Assembly: GCF_018350175.1 (NCBI RefSeq)
Contig: NC_058373.1
Location: 117,120,001-117,184,000 of the forward strand
Direction of reading: 5' to 3'
Origin: Felis catus
Lineage: Eukaryota
Length of the DNA stretch: 64,000 nucleotides
A model generated the notes under the pieces. That model did not search any database. It had not been told where the DNA came from and was given only the letters and a program-made list of their open reading frames with translations. This document shows, one piece after another, positions 38,893 through 50,832 of this stretch. Positions within the stretch are counted from its first letter, which is position 1. Each line of letters opens with the position of its first letter. Position numbers and translations under genes: made by a program.

Positions 38893-40084
38893 AGACATTC
38901 TTTCTTCTTAAATGGCCTGAACAGTGGTAGCACTGGGTATTAACTGTGCCCCTTCTCAAAGTGACTGTCATAAAGGTGGGCACTATTTTTTAGCCAATAG
39001 TCCTGAGATACTGATGCAATCACCTTATCTGGTAATTCTAGAATAGAATCATGATTGCATTGGTGAGAATTTGCAATTTTAGGTAGATTTAAATGATTTT
39101 GAAGCAGTTTTTTTTTAGGAGTTTTCAACAGTTGAGGAAGGAACAGGGATACTCTTCCTTCTCAGCATAATAGAGCCTCAGGGAATAAAGACCTGGCATT
39201 CCCCATGTTGGTAAGATTTTGGAGAAATATTTCTTCCAGGTCGACTGAGACATGTTTTAAGGATATGTTGTCATGCCTGTGATTTCTGAAAGGTTACAGA
39301 GAGGTGGGTTATTTTTTTTTTTATCTCCTCTTGGTTTACTTATTCATATTCAGAAGTCAAAGCCTCTATAAAGACGGAGTCAGCGGTCATTAGATTTTTG
39401 TGATTCCGAGGTTGCCCATGGCTGACATTACAATCTCACTTAATGGCTTGAGGATGGACTCCAGGGCCTTTCACCTCCGCTCACCCTTGTTCACCACCTA
39501 ATTTAGCAGCATTTTCGTTTGAATCCAAAGACAGCCTTGGGAATTTTGGCTGAGTGCTTGTAAAAGTATTGTGGAATGTTGCGTGTTACCTGATGCTATT
39601 TGGGAGGAGATGCTTGAGCAGTTGTGGCTTCTGTGAGCCCTGATCTATTATCTAGGAGAGGCTGAGAAATGGTGGAACTTCTGTTCCGCCAGCAGCATAG
39701 ACCTGTTTCACTGTGAACTTGTGTTAATGACTTTGCCAAAAATTTTCTCAATGCATAATAGGCATATTTGTTAGAGGAGCTGATCTTGCAATCCTGTGTA
39801 TCTGGAGCAGTCAATTATGAATCTGCTAATTAGCTTGATGTTTGGTCTCCCAGCGAAGTGAGCTCTTGTGAACTCTGCCAGAGTCTGGATTTCCAAACGA
39901 TTTGACAAGAGAAAAGGGCAGGATGGGGCCAAAGAGGCCATTGCAGGTCAGTTTCTTATAGTCAGAAATCTGCTCAGCCTAAGCGCCTTGCTTTTCTGTT
40001 GCCAAAAAATACTCATTCTTCCCCTTTCATAGTTGCTGACCTGTCCCAGGATGAACTAATTTTGCCTCCCTTTTCTGTTTTCAG

Positions 40085-40220
40085 CAGTAGCCTATGGTTA
40101 CATGGTCTGAGATGTGGCCTCCCGGGGGCAGATCTCCCCTCTCTTCTTTGCCCTCTAATAGGCCTAACCTGTCCAATCTATAACCCCGGTGGCCGGCTCT
40201 ATTAATTCTTCCTCTTTCTG
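40085..40220 (+). other. Candidate non-coding/poison (cryptic) exon
   Basis: Branch-like actaat 40055-40060, pyrimidine tract, cag acceptor 40082-40084, donor CTG|gtgagt; stops in all three frames. Confidence 0.3.
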
Positions 40221-42892
40221 GTGAGTAAGTGTGATTTCTCCAAGGTATAGTACTTCCCCTCTGCCTTTCTCTTTTTACCGTTTTTTTGGAGATAGTCACC
40301 AATAAATGCTAATCTTATTGAAGGTGTTTTATATGCCAGGCACTTTAGAAAACACGTTAATAACAACAACTATTATATATTGACCGTCTACTCTGTGCCA
40401 GGCACTGTTTTAACTACAAGAGACTGTGTCACCACAGGGAGGTGGAGCAAAACAAAATGAACCCTGTCCCTCTTGGAGCATGTTTTATTGAGCAGGTAGC
40501 CAGACAAGAAACAAACATACACTGTGTTGGATAGTTCAGTGTGCTCTGAAGAAGCGGGGTGGAGAGTGACTGTGCATGTCGGGCTGGTTCGGAAAAGCTT
40601 CTGCGCTGGGGGCGTATTTGGGAAGAGCAGAGTCTCCAAAGGATCGAAGGAACAAATCCAGGTTGCTTCAGAGCTCCACTCCGCATCTTGCCCAGACAGA
40701 GCCTGTCCGACGTGGAACCCCACCATTCCCTCCCTGTCTCTGCCGGTGGCACCACATTCTCCCAGCACCCAGGCTCTAGGTCTGAACCTGGCCCTTCCCT
40801 CGTCTTTCTTTATCTAATCACCAGACCTCTTTGACTGTCTTTGAAATACTGTGTGGCAGCAAACGCTTCATTTCCACTGCCTTTGTGGGAGGGACACCAT
40901 TGCTTGGTTGAGCACGTTGCCTTTGCATTTCGGAATCACAGTTACCGCGTCCTAAGTGATCTTCCTTGGCTGGTAAGGCTCTGTCTTCTCCTGACCTATT
41001 ACCAGCAACATGCTGGAGCACATAAGCCACCGTTGGAATGCCGACTCAGTGCCGGATATGGGATCCTCCCAAGGACTTTACGATGCTGGCATTGTTCTCA
41101 TTCTGCAGATGGAGAAGCAGACCTTCCCACAGTTGCTTACTGATCCAGCAAGTGGTGAAACCAGGATCTGAACTCCTATCTGACCAAATCCACGGGCCTC
41201 TCCCAATCTTGAGCCTGGGCTGCCCCCACCCTGCTGTTACATGTGATCAAGACCCCACCTCGATCTCTTAACTCCTTTGCTCAGAATTCTTTCATGCTTC
41301 CCGGCATCCGTGGGGAAGTGTCCAAACATTTTGGGATAGCGTTCAAAGCCTGTCGTAACTGGGCCCTCCTCCACCTGTCTTCCAGTTTTACGTCTGCGTT
41401 CCCTCCAGTGACAGCCTTTGCTGGGCATATACAAATGTGTCGTGTAGGTAAATGCAGCTTTACCTAGGCTCACAAGGTGAGCACTTTTTCATTCCGTCTG
41501 TGTAAACTCACTCTCTCATCGTGCCCCAGCTCGGACTTACCTCCTCTCACCTCTCACCTGTACCCATCTTTATCTCCAGCCTCCGCTCAGTGAGAAGGGG
41601 TGTCCCGCCTGTTGTAGGCCAAGCCTCACTTCAGAGGATGTGCCGGGACATCCCCCGAGCACCTGTCGCTCTCCCAGTCCTGATCACCCCAACCTGCCTT
41701 CTCCCTTGATTTCCTTAGGACTGTTTCACATGTGATCCTAAAATACTGAGAAAACGTACGCATCTAAAATGAGTATAACTTTTCTAAGTAAGGGCCTTGG
41801 GAGATATATACTTATTTCACTAAAGCTTCTCAGAGCTCAAAATACATTTGGAGGAGCTCCCTTTCTTGGAGGAGCTACCCAAGAAAGTCAATTTCCTTCT
41901 TTAATAGCTACGACTCATTTTTGGACTCATGATGACATGAACCCAGTTCAGTCACCTATCTGAGTCATCAGTAGGGACTCCATTTAAAATTTGACTGTTT
42001 CCCGAAATCAAATTTATCCTCAAGGGCTTAAAACGAGATGTTCGCTAGAACGTGCCACAGGAAATTCTGAAATAAGGGTTCTGAAAATGTCTGCTTAAAA
42101 TGTCAGGGGATGCAGCTGGGAGAAAAGCAGGACTGGAACGTTCCTTTTAGTTCTTCGTCCATTGTCTTTCACTTGTCCGTTCCTTAGCAGAAGGAAAGGG
42201 AGAAAGGGAAGGATAGGAATGAAAACGGAAACATTCCGGGGCAGGATGAGTCACGGGAAGCAGTTCAGCCCTACAAAACGAGAAAACGAACAGCATTCCC
42301 TCCCAAATCCAAGCCTTCCTCAGGGGAAGATGGGGCAGGACATTTCATTTTGAACATGGAATGAGGCTCGGTCTGGTGCAGGTGTAAAGGATAATGGAGG
42401 CAGGAGGGATGAGATAGAAAGGCCTTGGTACGCTCAAGAAGAGGAGTGCCATTGATTGGCAGATAATTCTCCTGAGGTGAGGGAGGCTGGAGGGCCAGAC
42501 TTGGTCCAAGTGAGAGCAGGATCTTGATCTTTACTCTTCTGGCTACATGCAACTCCATTACTCAGCAGTTGTCTTGACCATGAGCTCACTGAGAGCCGCC
42601 GCTGAATCCTATTCTGCTTTGTATATCCAGCGCTTAGCACTTGCCTGGCACCTAATAAGGACTCAGTAAGTATTTGCTGGACTAATAAAGAAAAAAATAA
42701 CGAATGGGTTGCCGGAAGAGGTTGAGAGGCGAATTCTGCCCTGTCGTTTCTGGTAGCAGCCACCAGGTGGTGCCTTCGTGAGAACAGGAGCAAATGAAAT
42801 TGTGCCTTTCAATGGCTAACTTGAGAGAAGCCTTAGGTCTTTCCCAGAACCCTCACTAGGACGCGTGCCCTCCAGCAATTCTCCACACTTCC

Positions 42893-43109
42893 TTTTTCTT
42901 TTTTTAAAAATTTGTTTATTTATTTATTCAGAGGGAGAAAATGAGCATGAGAAGGAGAGGAGGAGGGGCAGAGAGAGGGGGAAATCCCAAGCAGGCTCCA
43001 CACATGGCAAAGAGCCCCACGTGGGGCTCAAACTCAGGAACTGTGAGATCATGCCGTGAGCCAAAATCAAGAGTGGGACACTTAATCAACTGAGCCACCC
43101 TGGCGCCCC
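42893..43109 (-). mobile_element. Can-SINE
   Basis: TSD ccacacttcctt/ccacactttctt. Confidence 0.9.
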
Positions 43110-43906
43110 TACCACACTTTCTTATTCCTGACGTTGAATGTGCATACAGAGGTCAAATATGTGGCTAGCACTGACGTTCTTTACTTGGGTCAATTTCACA
43201 GGGGACCCATAAGAATCCTTCAGAAGGTTTTATGTCTCCACCATGGGATGGGAAACCAGTTCTATTCCGGGCCTGTGCCGAATCAAGTGGGTTCCCACTG
43301 TTCCTGACTATCCCCTGTTTTCCAAGAGAACATATACTCCCATTGATCCTGTATCTTCTCTGAAATTCTTTCCCAAAGTCATTGGTAGCCTTATACCCAG
43401 CTCTGGCAGCCTGTGGAGTGTTGGGTCCCCCTGCCTATTTTAAGCTGCTACCTGATGAGTACCTGCTCTGTGCCTATGGCTTACATGTTGGAATCCTTGG
43501 AACAGTTTCACATGATGGGGGCATACATCGGCTCAGCGGGCTTAGGCAGCTTTCCCAGAATGACACAGCTAGTAAGTGGGACAGAGAAGATTCAAACCCA
43601 GGGCCATCTCCCCACAGGCCTTACTGTGGTCTTTATTACATTTCACTCAGGGCACAGTTTAATGTATCTGGATTAATGAGATCCAGGAACAATAATGCTG
43701 TAACAAAATCCAGATAATGTGAAACAGTGTCTTGTAGAGGGAGTATAGTTCACTGTCAGTATGAGCAGATACACTCGGTTCTTGTCAGTTTTCAGACAGT
43801 TCCAAAGGAATAGTTAGCCTGAGGCTCCTTTGTGCCTATAAGCCTAATTAAAGGTACAAGAGATTCTGATTGGCAAGAGCTGGGGACAGTGCTGCTGAGT
43901 GAAGTG

Positions 43907-43907
<1 letters not shown>

Positions 43908-43988
<81 letters not shown>

Positions 43989-44062
43989 TAGAGACAGACA
44001 GAGAGACAGAGACAGAGAGAGAAGGAAGGAAGGAAGAAGGAAGGAGGAGAAAGAGAGAGAGA
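43908..44062. repeat. Compound (TG)n followed by (AG/AGAC)n purine tract
   Basis: Directly visible. Confidence 0.95.
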
Positions 44063-44669
44063 ACGTTAAATCTTATGAAGACCTAGAAAACTATCACTTT
44101 TGCTGAGACTGGATTTGGGCAAAGCAACAGAGTAGATGGACTTTACCTTGAGCCTCAAGGCCTGTAGCATCCTCTGCCCCAATAAGTCCAATTCAGTGTC
44201 TGAGTGTCCCTTTAAAACTTACCCTTTGTCTCACTGTGTCAGGTTTCTGCTATATGATAAGCTGCAGTGAGTTGGACGGGGATAGTCAAATAAATAGATC
44301 AACATAGTGCACTTGCTAAATAATGTTTCTTTGGGGAGAAAATGATTTAACTCAGTTAACGTAGCTGCAGGCTTGGGAGATGTTAGTGCTGGGAATATCA
44401 GGAGTGATTGGCCTGCGAGAGCGGGGATGAAGGGAGGTGAAAATCTGGGCAGTAATGGGGGGCTGCTGTTGGGGGAGTTGGAGGAGAGGGGATGAGAGAG
44501 GATGTGGGGTCAGGAGGGCCTCTTGGAGTATCTTACTTCAGACCTCGCTCTGTGCCTTTCCATAGGGCCAGACGAGAGTATCCTGGGTTTTGTGATCTGA
44601 AATGTTTTCTCTGAGCCTTTCAGAAAGCCTTGGAGGCAAGGAGTAATATACGTGATTCATATTTTCGAA

Positions 44670-44865
44670 CACTTAACATGCTAGAAACTGGGCATTATTT
44701 ATATAATCCTCAGAGACCTTGGGAGGTAGATACTGGTGTTCTTTTCCCCCACCCTTCTTTCAAATAATGAAATTGAGATTCAGGAAGGTCATAAGCCAGT
44801 TAATGGCAGAGTCAAAGTTCAGAGCCAGGACTGTATGATTTATAAAGCCATGCTCTTTACTGCTA
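44670..44865 (-). mobile_element. MIR
   Basis: gaggtagatactg...aatgaaattgagattcag...gccagttaatggcagagtc. Confidence 0.7.
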
Positions 44866-45049
44866 TAATATGCTCTGAGAATAAAGAGCAAACCTTAAAA
44901 TAAAAGTGCTTATTATTCGTGATCCTGCCCCAAAAACATTCATTTATTCATCCAACAGTGAATGTGCCAGGTGTTGTAGTAGGTACCGGGATATTGGATG
45001 AATAAAACAGACAAACCTGATCACGTGGAGGTTACCTTTAGAGAATCAT

Positions 45050-45497
45050 AAAATCACGTTTCCCACAAACTTAGGAAAAGCCTGATTGTTCTGTAGCCAT
45101 GGTGACAGGTAGCCATCAGAACCAATTTTAAATCTGCTCATTTGGTCAACACCAGCTTGTCTTGGTTGGGACTGGCTTTAAAACAAACCGGTGTCAGTTC
45201 CTCATTTCTGAAAGTCAACCAATTAAGGGTGGGTACTCTCCAGAACCCCTGCCTCTGAGAGCCAGCCAATCAATAAGAGCCTTAGCTGAGCACCTACCTG
45301 ATGTTAGCCCACATATGCCTCTGAACATCGGCCAGTCATCGAGCTCCACATTTTCCAAAGGCTTCGATGAGATCAGCCCTCTGTTTTGCTTGGAGGCACC
45401 TTTTGGCCAGAATTGCTCATCTGTATCATAGTGAACAATAAATTCAGTCTTGTATTTGATTTCAGATACTGAGTGGTGTTCTCATTGTCCTTTGACA
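45050..45497 (+). mobile_element. Probable solo LTR (family not assigned) inserted in an L2 relic
   Basis: CCAAT boxes 45219 and 45266, AATAAA 45437-45442, terminal ...ctttgaCA; L2-like sequence on both sides; 5' end uncertain. Confidence 0.5.
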
Positions 45498-48400
45498 AAA
45501 CAAACAAGTTACACCAGGGCAGATAGTGTCTCGCTACAGAGAAAACAGCGCAGGTGAGAGGCTGGAACGTGACAGGTAGGGAACTGTTTTAGATGGGGAG
45601 CTCAGAAGAACCTAGGTAAAATATTTACAGAGAGACTAGAATGACCAGAGAGGTATCCAGACATGTGCAGATCTACACTAGAGCTTCTAGAAAGTAGGAA
45701 GAGGTATTGGGGTAGAGAGGATGCCTGTGTAGGGAGGGGAGGGAGTAGAAGATGGGGCTGGAGAGGAAATGGGTGGAGGCTGATTCTCCAGAGCTGTGGG
45801 GGTTTGGATTTTGCTCCAGGTGTATCTGGAAGGCAGGAGACTACCCAGGAATGGACCATGTTCCCTGCTTTAAAAATGATGTGCACATGCTTGTGTATAC
45901 GTGTACACCAGGCATACTCACAAACACATTTTGAAGTCAGGGTCAAAGATCCTTTAGGTCTACAGTAGTGTTTGTTGTGCCATTGAACGTGTGAGTCATT
46001 GTACCCTCCACAGCATGCAGCTGAACCTGTCACTCTCTCCAACTGGGAGTCCCATAAACAAGGTGCATTTACTACCGTAGATGTCGCCCGGGGACAGGCA
46101 ATCAGTGATGTTAAAAACTGCAGCTCTGAGAAGTTGTTCACTTCATTATAAAGCTGCTGTACTGTCTCAGACAGAGGGGTGACATAGGGTTCCAAAAGAC
46201 TATGAAGCCTTCCCAAGAGTTGGGCTTGGTCTCCTCCTAAATATATTAGCCAGTTTTCTTTAGTCATTACACATAGAGCTCAATGTCTGTATCTGATTTA
46301 TTCTGATCACTGTTCTTACAGAAGGGGATAGATGCCGATCGAAGACTGAAATATGCTCCGTTTTTACTCTTTTTACACAGGTGTTTCTTCAGCAAGATCA
46401 CCTGACCATCTTCTGTTGGGCATGTTTTTGTTAGTTAATTCATGAAACACGATTGAAACTGCTTTAGGATATGAATGCCATACATGCTCATTGTTTTCAT
46501 TCGGGGACCAGCGCTGCACTGGGCAACTGCGTGTTTGTGCTGCTGGCTCTTGCCGACGTTGACATTGGATTTACGCTGTGCAATGACAAGGCCAGCCACA
46601 CAGCTTTGTGTGGGGAGGCAGGCTGCTCTCTGAGTCCTGGCTGTTTTGCTCTTCCAAAAGCATTAGCTCAGATGTGGCTGGAAATCATTCTCCTTTCCAT
46701 CAGTCACGACTTCTAAACCCATCCTTTCAGACACACCTCTACACTACCTTGGACGCTTGGTGATGTGTTTTGCGTATTCATATTTGAATCGCAGCATTGC
46801 TTGTGGACACTCCCTCCCTAGATTGGCAGTTGTTTGCTGAATTCCTGAGTCCCAGTTACTTTGAGTAGCAGGAAATAAGACGAGCAAGGAACTTGTAGAT
46901 GCTCAGAGCCCTTTATCATTCTCCCTTCTTAGCTAATACAACTTATAGTTATTTCTGAAAGGAGAATTTATTGAAACATATTAAATGCTGTGACTTTAAT
47001 GTTTGTCATGATAACATCACTGCCATTGCTTCCCTGCAAAGTGCCATGAATAAATCTCTAAAGAAATACCCTCATAATATAGTTTCAAAGGACATCCATC
47101 CTTCTGTTACACGTTGTTAATGTAGTGTTGTTGTTGTTACTGTTTTAATTAGCGCAGAGAGACCCCCATCCTGAGGTGGTATCTGTGCTCTATTGTTACG
47201 TGTCTGAAATGGATATGGGAGTCATAGGGGGATTCAATGTGGGTAGCTGAAGTATCTAGCGAAGACTTAGTGCTTGTTTGGCTTTGTGGCTCTGGTGAAA
47301 TTTTCAGAAGATCTCGTTGAAGAATCAACATGGGCTTTCTCTTTTCTTTGTTGCTTTTGGTTGTCTGGTGAATCAAAAAACTAGATAGTCTTCTTGAAGT
47401 CTTTCTGACAGTTCCTCATCTATGGGTCAAGTTGTAATTGAAATATGATATAAATGGTTGGAATGATGAAACACAAGATTTCTGTGACCCATTAGCTGCT
47501 TTCTAGCATAATATGGACTCTTATTATTTGCATTCCATTGATAAGTGAGGCAGGATTATATTTTATTAAGAATCTCCTATCGTTGGGAATAGTCAACAAT
47601 GGATGGATGTGGGCATTGGTTTTAAGTCTCAGTGCCACCTGTATCAGGAACCAGTTTTTCATGATCCCTCTTGCAGTGACCAGTAGCTGGGTCTCGGTTA
47701 TGGAGCCCCACAGTATAGTTTCAAATGTAGCAGCAACAGTATAACCCCTGTCCGCCAAAGACTTCAAGTCTTGCTGGAAGTTGTGTAACAGTGACCTTGC
47801 TGATTATTGACATACATTTATCTTGCCATGTAAGAAAATTGGAGCCATCCCTGTATTTTAACATATCAGGCTCTGCATGCTCTGAATGTGATTCCGTTCC
47901 TGGATTTCTTGGTCATGGAGGTCCCGAGTCCATCTGATGCTCAGTGATGTGAACTACTGTGAAGGTTTCCAAGGCTTATACTGGTTTCCAAAGTTGTATC
48001 CTTAGAGAGGCTCTTCCTCTGCACAGTCTGCATCGAGCACTCATAAGAGCTCTCCTTTGCTATAGGAGCAGGAACTGAACCAAACTGCAGATGTGGTTGG
48101 AAATGCGTTTCCTGCTTCCTGCTGACTAGTATGCTGTGATAAGCTCCAGTGCAGTCCTCTTGGAAGTGTTCCCTACCTTCATGGATGACAAGCATTTCTC
48201 TCCCTTTCTTTGGGTAGAGGGAGGGGCATGGATGGGAAAAGAATGTTGTTGGGTCTCAAGGTGGAGAGAAGAAGGTCAAATGTTTTATTCTTTCTGTGAT
48301 GAGAACCAGCTCATTATAGAACTGAAAGTGAATGCTGGGTATCATGTTTAAACTAGGGGTTTGCATAAGTAGTAATGGAATGTACTTTTTCCCTCGAGGA

Positions 48401-48609
48401 GGCCAGCAATCTGCTCTCAAAGGTTGAATAGGAGTCTGAGCTCCAGGTAACACATTCAGCCTTTTCTCTTCCTTTAATTCTTTGTCCTGTCTGTTATTCC
48501 CTCATTGTTCTAAGAGAGGTTAAAAGATAAGACGTCCTAAGTGTTCTGCATTTTCTGGGACAAAATAGAAGTATCAGGCAAATATTAGTTCTTTGATAAG
48601 CTAATGACA

Positions 48610-48950
48610 CATTTTGTAATCGTTAGAATAACCCCTAGAAGAATAGTAAAAGAGTGTGTAATTTCCATGCTAACAGGTTAAAAATAAAATAATTAAACAT
48701 GAGCCAATGCTAATGAAAGAAGAGGAAAATTTGAACATTGGGACAAAACTACACATATGGGTAGCTATAAACCCAAATGCTTCAGTAACTACATTATATA
48801 CGTATGGGGTAAATGTTGTATTTACAAAACAAAGGCTATCAGATGGATTTTAAAACCTTTCAGGAGATATATTTAGAAGATAAGGAAATAAAAGTTTGAA
48901 AAATAAAAAGATGGAAAAATATGTCATGCAAATACCAAAGAAAAGTAGAT
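48610..48950 (+). mobile_element. Ancient L1 fragment (ORF2 start region)
   Basis: A-rich; cagtaactacatta...tatcagatggatttt...aaagatggaaaaatatgtcatgcaaatacc. Confidence 0.6.
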
Positions 48951-49802
48951 GTCACGTGATATCATTGTTGATCATGTCACGAATGTGGTTGATTATGGTA
49001 TGGGTTTATGCTTTATGTCGTATGCTTTCGTGATCAAGAGTTTCTTATTGTTAGGAAAAAATGATAACATTTCATGATTACTACAAAATGTTTCATAATC
49101 GTAGCTGATTTTTTAAAAAATAAAGATGTAGGCTTTTTACTGCATCTAAAGAGACCTTTCAACCATGATGTAAACTACATGCCATTATGTAAAATCAGTG
49201 GACCATAAATATTTTAAGCCATTTTAAGTTAATTGGAAATATCTTGTGTTAGCAATATCATTATCTTCACAGTAAAAGGGATGGGGAGATTGCAGTAGAA
49301 ATCAAGTTCCCTGGGGAATAGGCTGTACAGCCAAAAGTAAAGTCACTTTTTCCTGACCAGTGACTTAGCTTATTTCTGAGTAAAACAGGTCAATGATGTT
49401 CTTTAAATAAAGCAATATTTAACTGGATTGATTTGTACCTGATATGGATTCGGGGACCTGAATAGAACTAGGTATTGAACTGGGAATCTAGAAAGGAAAA
49501 GAAATAAGACCCTTAGCAACAAAATCTTTTTAGGGTTTGAGCTTACTTAATACAGGATATAACACACATAGTGTTAGGTTGCAAGTTTGTGGATAAGCAT
49601 AACTATATACTGAATAGTTTGAAACATTGGCCAAGTAGATCCCACTTTTCGGGGGAGCATGTTTATGTGAAGAGAGAATCCATTCTTTCTGGAAAATTTT
49701 TAGTTTGCAAATATTAAATGATAGAGTTCCCTTCTGAACATTTCTTATTGTGACTTCTGTGCTTGATAAGAACTGTTATTTTACCCATTAAAGATAATCT
49801 AT

Positions 49803-50008
49803 GGGGGCGCCTGGGTGGCTCAGTCGGTTAAGCAGCCATCTTCGGCTCAGGTCATGATCTCGCGGTCCGTGAGCTCGAGCCCCGCGTCGGGCTCTGTGTT
49901 GACAGCTCAGAGCCTGGAGCCTGTTTCAGATTCTGTGTCTCCCTCTCTCTGACCCTCCCCGTTCATGCTCTGTCTCTCTCTGTCTCAAAAATAAATTAAA
50001 AAAAAAAA
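49803..50008 (+). mobile_element. Young Can-SINE (SINEC_Fc)
   Basis: TSD aaagataatctatg 49790-49803/50009-50022. Confidence 0.95.
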
Positions 50009-50230
50009 AAAGATAATCTATGAATGCATGCTAAAAAGAGGTAGGAAAAATCCCCCACATATCCATAAAAAGACAATCATTATCAATATTTAGGTGTGTG
50101 TACTTTTTAGTCTTTTTTCTAGAGATAAGATTCTTGTAAAGTAAAAGTACACTCATAGAGTATACAATTTTTATTGTATTCTTTTATACCATTTAATGTA
50201 ATTAGCATTTTCCCCAGAGAGTAGAGGCAC

Positions 50231-50832
50231 TATATCAGTCTAGATCCTGTGGTAATATAATTCCTCAAATCTTAGTGACTTAACACAGCAAAGATTTATT
50301 TTTTGCTCATGCTATGTGTCTAATGTAGATTGACAGGGAAAGTGCTCATTCAGATTCAGGGATCCATACCGATGCTGATGGAAGCACTACTTAGACACAA
50401 GCATTCACAATCACTAAAGCAGAATAAGAAAATATGGGCACCCTGTGCTGGCTTTTAAAGTCTTCCTAGGGGCAACTGGGTGCCTCAGTCGGTTAAACGA
50501 CTGACTTCGGCTCAGGTCATGATCTCGCAGTACATGAGTTTGAGCCCCGTGTCGAGATCTGGGCTGATGGCTCAGAGCCTGGAGCCTGCTTCGGATTCTG
50601 TCTCTCCCTCTCTCTGTCCCTTCCCTGCTCACACTCTGTCTCTCTCTCTCAAAAATAAATAAACATTAAAAAAAATTTTTTTTTAAGTCTTCCTAGAAGG
50701 GAAACATCACTTGCTTACATTTCATTGATCAATTCAAGTCACATGTCCGTGCTAACTTCAAAGAAGGTAGGAAAGGAGAGGAAGGAAGGAAGAGAATTGG
50801 ACTATTTGGCAACAGTTCTAATGACTACCTCA
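50231..50832 (-). mobile_element. MLT1I/J-like solo LTR interrupted by a SINE
   Basis: aaatcttagtgacttaacacagcaaagatttattttttgctcatgcta...cacttgcttacatttcattg...aagtcacatg. Confidence 0.75.
50469..50684 (+). mobile_element. Can-SINE
   Basis: TSD aagtcttcctag. Confidence 0.92.

Noticed and set aside
44455..44520. G-run cluster as G-quadruplex (also 16970-17020)
   Set aside because: Long irregular loops and common in mammalian DNA; no independent support
45602..46267. Longest ORF in the track (221 aa, minus)
   Set aside because: No recognisable domain, overlaps L2-like sequence, composition typical of a chance ORF
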